DNA from: Patescibacteria group bacterium
Lineage (GTDB): Bacteria > Patescibacteriota > Minisyncoccia > Phycocordibacterales > PALSA-1337
Length of the DNA: 64,000 bases
Direction: 5' to 3'
Assembly (NCBI GenBank): GCA_040384285.1
Contig: JAZKJN010000006.1
Span: 46,709 to 110,708 of the forward strand
A program made the translations under genes and the position numbers. The notes beneath the pieces are model-generated. The model was not told the origin of the DNA, ran no database searches, and saw only the letters and a list, made by a program, of their open reading frames with translations. Below are positions 54,442 through 63,284 of this stretch, in pieces (the first letter of the stretch is position 1; every line of letters starts with the position of its first letter).

Positions 54442-56724
54442 ATGAAACTTCTCATTGTAGAGTCACCTGCAAAAGCAAAAACAATTTCCAAATATTTGGA
54501 TGGCAAATATACTGTGAAAGCTTCTGTGGGACATATTCGTGATCTGCCAAAGAACAACAAAAAGGCAATCGACATTGAAGGCGGGTTCATTCCCCACTAT
54601 GAAATCTCTCCCGGCAAAGAAGCGGTGGTAGCAGAGATCCAAGCGCTTGCAGCAAAAGCTGATGAAGTGATCCTTGCAACCGACCCCGACCGTGAAGGTG
54701 AGGCGATCGCATGGCATATCGCAGAGGCCACAGGCTTGAAGCATGCAAAGCGAGTTGTTTTCCACGAGATTACAAAGGAGGCAATTCTCGAAGCAATGGA
54801 GCATCCTCGGGCAATCGATGAGAATCTTCGCATGGCACAGGAAGCACGTCGCGTGCTCGACCGACTTGTGGGGTATGACCTCTCAGGACTCATTTGGAAA
54901 AAAGTTCGCTACGGACTTTCTGCAGGACGTGTACAGTCACCTGCACTCCGCATCATCATGGAACGCGAACGAGAGATCCGCGCGTTCAAGTCTCATGCAT
55001 TCTGGGTCATCACTGCAGATGTCAAAACAAAAGCAGGCATTGCCCTTTCACTTACCTGTTCAAAAGAACCAACTGACAAAAAAGAAGTTGATAGTATTTT
55101 GAAAAAGGCAAAAGAACATGAATGGGAAGTTGTTGATGTTGATGAAAGCACCATGAAGCGCTCTCCAAAGGCACCCTTCATCACCTCTACCCTCCAGCAA
55201 GCTGCAAGCTCACGTCTCGGCTTTGCCCCTTCTCGCACCATGTCCATCGCTCAGAGACTCTACGAAGCAGGACATATCACCTATATGCGTACCGACAGTA
55301 CCAACTTGAGCAAAGTTGCTCTTGCCCAGATCTCAACAGTGGTTGAGAAAAAATATGGCAAGAAATTCCTCGAGTTCCGCACCTACACAAAGAAAAGCAA
55401 GAATGCCCAGGAGGCTCACGAAGCTATCCGCCCATCACACATCGACAAAGATAGCGCGGGAATGAATGATGAGCAGAAAAAACTTTACAGTCTCATCTGG
55501 CAGAGAACTGTTGCCTCACAAATGGCAGATGCGGAACTCCTTCGCACAAAAATCATTGCGAATATAAAGAACGATACTATCCCCGAGTTCCATGCAAACG
55601 GATCTCGAGTCCTTTCCCCTGGCTGGCTCATGGCTGATCCAGATGCGCGAGGTGAAGATGTAGAGCTTCCAAAGCTTGGTAAGGGTGATGATCTCGACTT
55701 GAAGGAGATAAAGAGTGAAGAGAAGCAAACACAGCCACCAGGACGCTACAGCGAAGCGGGGCTCATCAAGGAGCTTGAAAAGCGAGGTATCGGACGACCA
55801 TCAACATACGCCTCTATCATCCGCACAATTGAGGAGCGCGGGTACGTAGAAAAAGAAAACAAAGCTTTGAAGCCAACAGATACTGGTGATGTGGTTTCAA
55901 CATTCCTCGAAACAAACTTCATGCACTATATTAATGACTCTTTCACCGCAGAGATGGAAGACTCGCTCGACGAGATTGCAAATGGAAACAAGCAATATTT
56001 AAAGACGCTCAAGGATTTCTATATTCCCTTTTTGAAAGATATAAAGATGCGCGAAAAGGATGCAAAGATCACCAACCTGGGGGACGCTCCAGCGGAGTTC
56101 AAATGCCCTACGTGCAACTCACCGATGATCATCAAGCTTGGCCGCAATGGAAAGTTTCTCTCATGCGCCACATATCCAGACTGCGAAGGAGCCTTGATGA
56201 TGGATGGAACAGAAATCAAAAAAGATGAGCCGATAGGAAATGATCCTGTCACAGGTCTCCCCATCTTTGTACTTGTTGGAAAGTATGGACCCTATGTACA
56301 ACTTGGTAAATATGAACCGAAACCAAAAAAAGTTGTCGGAGAAAAGAAACCTCGACGAAAGAAGGGTGATCCCATCGTTCCCAAACCACCAAAAGCTCCA
56401 AAGCCTCGTATGGCCTCCATTCCAAAAGGTGCAGACCTTTCAAATATTCCTCTTGCTGACGCACTCAAATATTTGAGTCTTCCAAAAGTTCTCGGAGTAT
56501 ATCCTCCAACAGGAAAAAATATCACTGCAAACATTGGTCGCTTTGGACCATATATAGTGCACGATGCAGACTTCCGATCGCTGAAGGCTAAAGAAGGTGA
56601 TGATCCATATACAGTCACACTCGAACGAGCAATTGCAATTTTGAATACTCCAAAAGTTGTGCGTAAAGGACGGTTTGTGAAGAAGGCTCCTGCAAAAACT
56701 GATGTTGCAGAGAAGAAGGAGTAG
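54442..56724 (+). CDS. topA: DNA topoisomerase I
   Basis: IVESPAKAKTI, DPDREGEAI, SAGRVQS, ITYMRTD, one Zn ribbon, GKYGPY/GRFGPY C-terminal repeats. Confidence 0.98.
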   Translation: MKLLIVESPAKAKTISKYLDGKYTVKASVGHIRDLPKNNKKAIDIEGGFIPHYEISPGKEAVVAEIQALAAKADEVILATDPDREGEAIAWHIAEATGLKHAKRVVFHEITKEAILEAMEHPRAIDENLRMAQEARRVLDRLVGYDLSGLIWKKVRYGLSAGRVQSPALRIIMEREREIRAFKSHAFWVITADVKTKAGIALSLTCSKEPTDKKEVDSILKKAKEHEWEVVDVDESTMKRSPKAPFITSTLQQAASSRLGFAPSRTMSIAQRLYEAGHITYMRTDSTNLSKVALAQISTVVEKKYGKKFLEFRTYTKKSKNAQEAHEAIRPSHIDKDSAGMNDEQKKLYSLIWQRTVASQMADAELLRTKIIANIKNDTIPEFHANGSRVLSPGWLMADPDARGEDVELPKLGKGDDLDLKEIKSEEKQTQPPGRYSEAGLIKELEKRGIGRPSTYASIIRTIEERGYVEKENKALKPTDTGDVVSTFLETNFMHYINDSFTAEMEDSLDEIANGNKQYLKTLKDFYIPFLKDIKMREKDAKITNLGDAPAEFKCPTCNSPMIIKLGRNGKFLSCATYPDCEGALMMDGTEIKKDEPIGNDPVTGLPIFVLVGKYGPYVQLGKYEPKPKKVVGEKKPRRKKGDPIVPKPPKAPKPRMASIPKGADLSNIPLADALKYLSLPKVLGVYPPTGKNITANIGRFGPYIVHDADFRSLKAKEGDDPYTVTLERAIAILNTPKVVRKGRFVKKAPAKTDVAEKKE

Positions 56725-56777
56725 GAGTACCATTACCCACTGAAGCAGAGCACACAATTTTAACCAAGGAGGAAGCA

Positions 56778-56933
56778 GTGGCCGTAGACACAGAAAAAGA
56801 CCTTTCAGTTATCCCGCCAGAAGAATTAACTCGAGAGGAACTCATCGAAGAAGTTAAACGCCTTCGAAAGATTGTTACGAAAACTCAAGGCAAAACAAGT
56901 TGCCAACCAGCGCGAATGATTACGGACGGATAA
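56778..56933 (+). CDS. 51-aa hypothetical peptide
   Basis: AAGGAGG 5 nt before GTG; EELTREELIEEVKRLRK helix; terminator at ~56946-56978. Confidence 0.5.
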   Translation: MAVDTEKDLSVIPPEELTREELIEEVKRLRKIVTKTQGKTSCQPARMITDG

Positions 56934-56976
56934 AAATTTCATCGGGCAGTCTCGTCGCAGGACGGGACTGCTTTTT

Positions 56977-57948
56977 TTATTTCAAAAACTCTTTTGTCTT
57001 TTCTAGATAGGCCAACACATCTTTAATTCCCTGCTCTTTTCCTGTCTTGCTCCAATAAGGAAATTTTGTAGAGGCTTGGATAATGAGAGCAGCCTGAAGA
57101 ATCTTGCGATCAAGAACTAGACCTTTTTCGGTATAACCTTTTATAAGATGTTCGGCGGCCATGTCTGCAATCCCTCGTCCAAGAGCGGTAACAATAGCTC
57201 GAGCAAGGTCCATGTAGGGATGACTGAGTATTGGTACCGGATCAATAACCGTAAAAGGTTCTGTGGCGAAAATATTCTCATATGTATAATCATTGTGACA
57301 ATATGAACTTTCTTTTGACGTTCCCACAAACGCAATAAAAACTTCTCTGGCGCGTGCCAAGTCACCGTGTTTTTCTGTATCAAAGAAAGCCTCAGGATCT
57401 TCCTTGAGCTTTTTTCTATCCATTTCGTTTTCAAGCCATAGATCAAACGTAGGAGATGTACCGACTCCATTGTCCAGAGTTCCAAATCCTTTTCCTTTTG
57501 CAGAGTGCATCGTGTATAAAATACTTCCCATCTTCACAAAAATTTCCTTGCGAATCATTTCTCCTTTTTTATATGTGCCATGAAGTGTTGGAGCATCTAT
57601 ATACTCCATGAGCATGTAGTATCTCTCGCCAATCATTCCTTCTTCAAAAATATGTGGGACTTTTACCCCAACCTTCTCCCAAGTTTTTAAGAAGGTGCCT
57701 TCAGTCGTATACAGAGGCAAATTACTCAATGGAATTTTTAACACATACTTTGCATCAGGTATTTCAATGATACAAATGAGAGAAGATGCTCCTTTTTCTG
57801 GGAAAGAAACTTTTACATCTTTGTCCTTAAAAAGATTGTGGGTACTGAGAAATTTTTCGACCTGTGGGACGAGTTCAGGACGACGTTTATTATAGTCAGC
57901 TTGAACCTCATGGGGAGAAAGGGTGGGTTGATTGAGGAAGGTTATCAT
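56977..57948 (-). CDS. Aminoglycoside phosphotransferase (APH/kinase-like) family protein
   Basis: YVLK, LMEYI, CHND...EN, IDP. Confidence 0.8.
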   Translation of the reverse strand: MITFLNQPTLSPHEVQADYNKRRPELVPQVEKFLSTHNLFKDKDVKVSFPEKGASSLICIIEIPDAKYVLKIPLSNLPLYTTEGTFLKTWEKVGVKVPHIFEEGMIGERYYMLMEYIDAPTLHGTYKKGEMIRKEIFVKMGSILYTMHSAKGKGFGTLDNGVGTSPTFDLWLENEMDRKKLKEDPEAFFDTEKHGDLARAREVFIAFVGTSKESSYCHNDYTYENIFATEPFTVIDPVPILSHPYMDLARAIVTALGRGIADMAAEHLIKGYTEKGLVLDRKILQAALIIQASTKFPYWSKTGKEQGIKDVLAYLEKTKEFLK

Positions 57949-58011
57949 AGGTGAAAGTATAGCAGAGTGGAGAAATAAAAAAACCGCATGACCCAGAGGG
58001 TCAATGCAGAT

Positions 58012-58362
58012 TCAGGATTTAGGAAATTCGTAACGATTGGCAGTCTCTTGATCAAGCACCCAATCCATCTTGAGTAGGTGATCGAAATATTTTTGCGCAG
58101 AAGTCTCCATTTTCATTGATACGTATAAGGTGTTTGAAGGTGCATGATAACGGATAACGAAAGCCTTGGGAATTTCCCTGGTTGCGCTAGTTATCCACTG
58201 CGTATCAACAAGAATGGATTTTGCAAGTATTGAAGAGAGGAGGTCTGGGGTCAAATCTACCTCCTCCACCTTCCTAAAAATAGGCGGGTTGACACCTTCT
58301 GTCCAAGCAAGATCGCGAGGAGCAGTGAGAACGATACTAACGTTGATTGTGCTGATTTTCAT
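58012..58362 (-). CDS. Hypothetical protein
   Basis: 116-aa ORF with downstream terminator-like hairpin. Confidence 0.55.
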   Translation of the reverse strand: MKISTINVSIVLTAPRDLAWTEGVNPPIFRKVEEVDLTPDLLSSILAKSILVDTQWITSATREIPKAFVIRYHAPSNTLYVSMKMETSAQKYFDHLLKMDWVLDQETANRYEFPKS

Positions 58363-58414
58363 GATTCAGATTCCTGAACCGAAAATATCACACATTCCCT
58401 ACTTTTACAAACCC

Positions 58415-59413
58415 CTACACCCCAAAATTCTTTATCGAATACAATTCCTGAGGATCTTCTTCGAGTCCCTGTGTGTCCTCTACTGGTGAGCGATCGTCGA
58501 CTGGTACTTCTGAGACTTCGAGTGGAGTTGCGGCAGAAATAGTGGCTGCATCGGGAGTAACTGCAGAGATTCTAGCTTGAGAAACTTTTTCCAAAATCAT
58601 TTGTATGTCATCGTCAGTAAAGAACTCGATAGTGATCTTTCCTCCATTTTCTTTTTTCTCAATCGATACTTTTGTACCCATTGCCTCTTTAAATTTTCGC
58701 TCAAGCTCGGCAAGTGCAGGATCAATGAGTGACTTCTTGCGCACACGGTCCTGGGCAATGTAGCGGGCAGTCTTTTCTGTCTCACGCACGGTGAGTTTTT
58801 TAAATACAACTTCTTTGAAGAGCGTCATCTGCTCTTCTGGACGATCGGCAAGCATCAAAAGCGGTCGTGAGTGGCCTTCTGAAATTTTCCCAAGAGAAAG
58901 TGCATCGAGGATCTCGGTCGGAAGATCGAGAATTCGCATGGTGTTTGAAACATATTCGCGGCTCTTCCCCACTTTTTCCGCAACCTGGATATGCTTCATA
59001 CCAAATTCATCCACAAGACGCTTGAAAGCGCGGGCACGGTCGACAGAGTTGATATCTTCTCGCTGGAGGTTCTCGATGATGGCGATCTCGAGCTTTACCC
59101 GAGGATCTTCTTCACCACTTCGGATGAGGGCAGGCACCTGAGAGAGTCCCGCAAGGCGAGAGGCGCGGAGACGTCGTTCTCCTGCAATGAGTTCATATTC
59201 TACAGCAAGTCCCCCTTCTGGCTTTTCAAACTCACGACGAGTGACTACGAGAGGCTGGAGCACTCCGTACATGCGGATAGACTCTGAGAGGTCTTTTAGA
59301 CGTGCTTCATCGAACTCCTGACGAGGCTGGTAAGGGTTTGGTTTGATCTTCTCCACATCAATCCAGAAAACAGAGTTTTCGAAATAGTGTGTTGGGTTCG
59401 GTAAGTCTGACAT
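58415..59413 (-). CDS. parB: ParB/Spo0J chromosome partitioning protein
   Basis: PNPYQPR, IAGERRLRAS, ENLQRED, GKSREYVSN HTH. Confidence 0.95.
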   Translation of the reverse strand: MSDLPNPTHYFENSVFWIDVEKIKPNPYQPRQEFDEARLKDLSESIRMYGVLQPLVVTRREFEKPEGGLAVEYELIAGERRLRASRLAGLSQVPALIRSGEEDPRVKLEIAIIENLQREDINSVDRARAFKRLVDEFGMKHIQVAEKVGKSREYVSNTMRILDLPTEILDALSLGKISEGHSRPLLMLADRPEEQMTLFKEVVFKKLTVRETEKTARYIAQDRVRKKSLIDPALAELERKFKEAMGTKVSIEKKENGGKITIEFFTDDDIQMILEKVSQARISAVTPDAATISAATPLEVSEVPVDDRSPVEDTQGLEEDPQELYSIKNFGV

Positions 59414-59469
59414 GCGATAATTGTATCATCAATTGATTTTCCAGCAATTTTTAGTACACTAGCAGTATT

Positions 59470-59551
59470 GCCGAAGTGGCGGAATTGGTATACGCACACG
59501 ACTCAAAATCGTGCGGGGAAACCCATGAGAGTTCAAGTCTCTCCTTCGGCA
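59470..59551 (+). tRNA. tRNA-Leu(CAA)
   Basis: GCCGAAG/CTTCGGC acceptor, CACGA-CTCAAAA-TCGTG anticodon arm, long variable arm, GTTCAAGT. Confidence 0.96.
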
Positions 59552-59610
59552 CAGAAATTTATATAAAAAAACACCAAGCAGAACGCTTGGCGATGAAAAC
59601 GTAGCGGATC

Positions 59611-59976
59611 TTATCCCACCATAAAAGCATTGACACCGTACACGGTCTGGAGAGTCTCCAGGATAATTTGCGTGTACTCACGCGCTGAAATATTTTTATC
59701 GAAGAAAAAGACCATTCGATCTGGGTAAATGGAGAAATGTGTCAGCTTTCCCATCTGACTCAAGACTTCGTAGAGAGCATGCACTCGAGGATTATCTCTT
59801 TTGAGAGACGTGAGGATACCATCTTGAACAGAAACGTTGAGGGAAAGCGAGATCATGGTCCTCGTACCGAGAAGAGGCATCAGACTTCTCACCGACAGTG
59901 AATCCAAAGGAGGATCAGGAAGCACTGGGGACTCAGGCTTCCGACGAGTAGTCAGGAAAGGAAGAGTTAAGAGCAT
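59611..59976 (-). CDS. Hypothetical protein
   Basis: 121-aa ORF convergent on tRNA-Leu. Confidence 0.55.
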   Translation of the reverse strand: MLLTLPFLTTRRKPESPVLPDPPLDSLSVRSLMPLLGTRTMISLSLNVSVQDGILTSLKRDNPRVHALYEVLSQMGKLTHFSIYPDRMVFFFDKNISAREYTQIILETLQTVYGVNAFMVG

Positions 59977-60037
59977 AACTTAGAATTGATTTGGTTTTTG
60001 TTGCACAGCTGTCCTCAAGTATTGTACAGTACCTTTC

Positions 60038-60901
60038 ATGAAGACAGAAATCGTAGCAATCGTAGGCCCTACAGCCACCGGAAAGAGTGACTTTGCTGTA
60101 GACTATGCCCTCGCCCACAATGGTGAGGTGATTTCTGCTGACTCACGACAGGTGTATATTGGGCTCGATATTGGGACAGGAAAAATTACACAAAAAGAAA
60201 TGCGAGGGGTGAAGCATCATCTTCTTGATATTCTTGATCCCAAAAAACGCCTCAGTGTAGAAGGATTCAAAAAACTTGCACAAGAAGCAATTGTCGACAT
60301 CTCTTCTCGAGGTAAACTTCCTATACTCTGTGGAGGTACTGGCTTCTATATCGACACCGTTATCAAAAACATCACCTACCCTGATGTTCCGCATGACAAA
60401 AAACTGCAGAAGAAATTGCTCGCAAAAAAATCTCCTGAGCTTTTTGCAATCCTTTCCAAACTCGATCCAAAGTTTGCAAAATCTTTAAACAATTCAGAGA
60501 GAAACAATCCACATCGACTTGTCAGATCAATAGAGATCGCAAAAGCTCTCGGCAAAGTTCCTCCTGTTAGAAAAGCTTCATCGCCCTATGACGTTACCTG
60601 GATCGGACTCACTTTTCCCGATCAGATTCTCAAAGAACGCATCAACCTTCGCCTTAAAAAACGCATCAAAGCAGGGATGCTACAAGAAGCAAAAAAACTT
60701 CATGCAAAAGGTCTGTCATGGAAACGCATGGAGGCACTCGGACTCGAGTACCGATATCTCGCACGCCACTTGCAAGGAAAAATCTCAAAAGAAGAAATGA
60801 TCGCGACTCTCGAAAAAGAAATCTGGCAGTATGCAAAGCGACAGAAGGCGTGGTTCAAAAGGAACAAGAAGATAGAGTGGGTGGAGAAGATGGGGAAATA
60901 A
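60038..60901 (+). CDS. miaA: tRNA dimethylallyltransferase
   Basis: GPTATGKS, SADSRQVY, DIGTGK, GGTGFY, YAKRQ..WF. Confidence 0.97.
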   Translation: MKTEIVAIVGPTATGKSDFAVDYALAHNGEVISADSRQVYIGLDIGTGKITQKEMRGVKHHLLDILDPKKRLSVEGFKKLAQEAIVDISSRGKLPILCGGTGFYIDTVIKNITYPDVPHDKKLQKKLLAKKSPELFAILSKLDPKFAKSLNNSERNNPHRLVRSIEIAKALGKVPPVRKASSPYDVTWIGLTFPDQILKERINLRLKKRIKAGMLQEAKKLHAKGLSWKRMEALGLEYRYLARHLQGKISKEEMIATLEKEIWQYAKRQKAWFKRNKKIEWVEKMGK

Positions 60902-60945
60902 AAAGACCCGCAAGCGAACTTGCGGGCGTGTCCCCTTCACCAATC

Positions 60946-61749
60946 TCAATCAGAGTGAGGTGGCGGTTTGGTGATCCAATGAACGTTACCGACAGCGACA
61001 AGGGAATTTGTCGGGATGCAGATGGTAAGGTGAGGGTGGACAGTGACGAGCAGTCGGTTTCTGTTTCCTCTTTGAGCACCCTCGACGACCCGGAACTCGT
61101 ACCACCCCAGTGTGGGAATGCCGGTTTTGTCCTGCATTTCATAGAAGGAAGAGTAATCAATGGGGATAAAGAGGGATCGGTTGAGACCTCTGGATCCGTA
61201 CACGGGAGTAATTTCATCCAGCCAGACATACGCTTCGATCATGAGATCTTTGGCAATCTCCAAGGCATGCAGGAGTCCGAATCCAAGCCTCTGGTCACGA
61301 ATATATTTTGCCATAGCTCCAGCATCATCCCCTGTTGCAAATCTCGTGATCTCACGAAAGAAATCTGTACCCACAATTGCCTGCTTCGTTTCAAAAACAT
61401 TTGCTTTCGTTGAAGCAAGCTTGGGCTGTAGCTGATCAAGCATCTGTGCATTGCCAGGAATGGTTGATTGACTGTGCTGCTCTTTTACCTTCAGATCACA
61501 GTATGTTGCTTCATGACTTCCAAGTTCCCAACCAAGGAGGATGGGACTCACGAGGTAGGTCCGTGTCCCATGGCTTCCTGGTTGAATTCTCGCCATCGCC
61601 CCGAGAACCAGTGCCATTTGAAAATTGGCACTTGGGATACCGTACGTGAAGCCCTCAAAAAATCCAGGGTATACCCCGGCATCGAGGATTGCTTTGACGA
61701 AATTGACAGCCTCACGCGGAAGCCGTCCGTTCTTTTCATGTGTTTTCAT
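60946..61749 (-). CDS. Hypothetical protein
   Basis: Long ORF with own promoter-like and terminator-like flanks; no recognised motif. Confidence 0.65.
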   Translation of the reverse strand: MKTHEKNGRLPREAVNFVKAILDAGVYPGFFEGFTYGIPSANFQMALVLGAMARIQPGSHGTRTYLVSPILLGWELGSHEATYCDLKVKEQHSQSTIPGNAQMLDQLQPKLASTKANVFETKQAIVGTDFFREITRFATGDDAGAMAKYIRDQRLGFGLLHALEIAKDLMIEAYVWLDEITPVYGSRGLNRSLFIPIDYSSFYEMQDKTGIPTLGWYEFRVVEGAQRGNRNRLLVTVHPHLTICIPTNSLVAVGNVHWITKPPPHSD

Positions 61750-61880
61750 AGGTTGCTTTATCTGCAACAAACTTAGCGCGTAGGTACAAAAGTGTCAAAC
61801 ATAAAGGCATGCTCAGACAGACGATAGAAATAAAAAAACGCTCCGGACAATCCGTGCGTTTGTAGTGCAAAAACTTCGCT

Positions 61881-62595
61881 CTATTTCATCTTCCTGAGCA
61901 TCGGCCGGATTTCAGAAACCTTCCATTGTCCTGCCACACAAGCCTTGCTCAGATATCCGTAAATGAGAGGAGCTCCTCCTACTGCAAGCAAGAGTCGTGA
62001 GACTTTGCCAAACTTGTCGCCGATAATCATCGGAGCAATCTCTACATCCGATCCTCGCAAGGCGAGGGTGGGTAAACATCCGAAGAAGGTACACACATCA
62101 TTAAAAGAATCAGGATGCAAAGCGATTTTGCAGATATTTCCGCCAACACGGTTGCACATCCTGTATGCGTCGATAGCAAGACGGGGATGCCACGGCTCAG
62201 CAAGAATATGACGGGAAATGATGACGCCGATGCCCTCCTCTTTTGCCCGAGTGACCACAGCCATGAGGGCGGGGTCCTCTACAGTCGAGGCCTCGACGTC
62301 GATGACGTGTCGCATGGTGCAAGTATTGCCAGTACCAATGAGCACGACCCGCGTTGCTCCATTCTTGATCTTTCCCTCCCTCTTTTGGATCACGAACGGT
62401 GACGATGATGGGGCGACCAAGCTTTTGAAGTTTACTAATCCCCTGTTCAGCTGTCGGGCCCGGAAAACGGTCGACGCGCCACTCGTAGATGTCAGCGATG
62501 CGTGGAGTCCGGAGTGCAACTCGAAGGTCCGCTTCTGAGGCAATCACACCAACCGTGTTGGAACGATTAAGGATATTCCGTAATTTTGTCTTCAT
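61881..62595 (-). pseudogene. aroD: Type I 3-dehydroquinate dehydratase, frameshifted
   Basis: N-half ADIYEWRVD, TVRDPKEGG; C-half IDVE, IISRH, KIA, SRL, YGYL, GQW in another frame; one extra base at ~62307. Confidence 0.8.
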
Positions 62596-62660
62596 AGTTT
62601 CAATCTGGTTCAGTTGTTCTGAGACCATATAATCACGTTTGAGAATACTTGTACAGTATG

Positions 62661-62731
62661 CGGGCGATCGAGGAATCGAACCTCGGCCAGAGCGTTTGGA
62701 GTGCTCTGTTCTGCCACTAAACTAATCGCCC
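62661..62731 (-). tRNA. tRNA-Trp(CCA)
   Basis: GGGCGAT/ATCGCCC acceptor, loop CTCCAAA, CGAGG-TTCGATT-CCTCG T arm; A31-C39 mismatch. Confidence 0.9.
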
Positions 62732-62756
62732 AATTGAGTGCCTCTAACTATACCGA

Positions 62757-63131
62757 CTATTCCACCGAAAGTAAATCGACCGAGGTCTTGCCCAGACGTG
62801 CTACGGCCTTACGATAAACCTTCACACCTTTATACTCCCCATACACAGAAATCATCCTCAGATCCCCTTCTGGCAGAACAGAATCAATCACGCAATGGAA
62901 ATCAGGGACCACCTGAGGAACATCAGGATTGAAAAAATAATCATGGGCAAGCTCAAGCACTGCCTGGTCAACACAGTTATCGGCAAAATATCCACTCATG
63001 AGCCGATACTTTTTCTGCACAGTAAAATCAAAGAAATGTGCTGTTTCGATCGACTGCACCGCAACAAAAGCCAGGGTAATCGATGAAACAAAGATCACAA
63101 GGGTCAGTGCAATAAATCCTTTATTCTTCAT
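62757..63131 (-). CDS. PilX-like minor pilin
   Basis: MKNKG/FIALTLVI prepilin-like N-terminus without E5; ADNCVDQAVL. Confidence 0.65.
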   Translation of the reverse strand: MKNKGFIALTLVIFVSSITLAFVAVQSIETAHFFDFTVQKKYRLMSGYFADNCVDQAVLELAHDYFFNPDVPQVVPDFHCVIDSVLPEGDLRMISVYGEYKGVKVYRKAVARLGKTSVDLLSVE

Positions 63132-63282
63132 GGAAGTTTTTAATTAAAAGCTCATAATCACTTTCTTGAAACTGCGGTTTGTCATAGATGGGTGAGGTAG
63201 TGGTAGAAAAAATCCCGAGTATCAGAAGCGAGAGCAATCCCATATAGACAATTATTTCAATTAAAGAAAATCCTCTGTTCAT
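63121..63282 (-). CDS. 53-aa type IV prepilin-like protein
   Basis: Manual translation MNRG/FSLIEIIVYMGLLSLLILGIF...; canonical G-F-x-x-x-E motif. Confidence 0.75.
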   Translation of the reverse strand: MNRGFSLIEIIVYMGLLSLLILGIFSTTTSPIYDKPQFQESDYELLIKNFHEE

Positions 63283-63284
63283 AG

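Noticed and set aside
58415-59600. parS site or origin near parB
   Set aside because: No TGTTTCACGTGAAACA-like palindrome or DnaA-box cluster recognised; only scattered single TGTGGATA motifs elsewhere in the window
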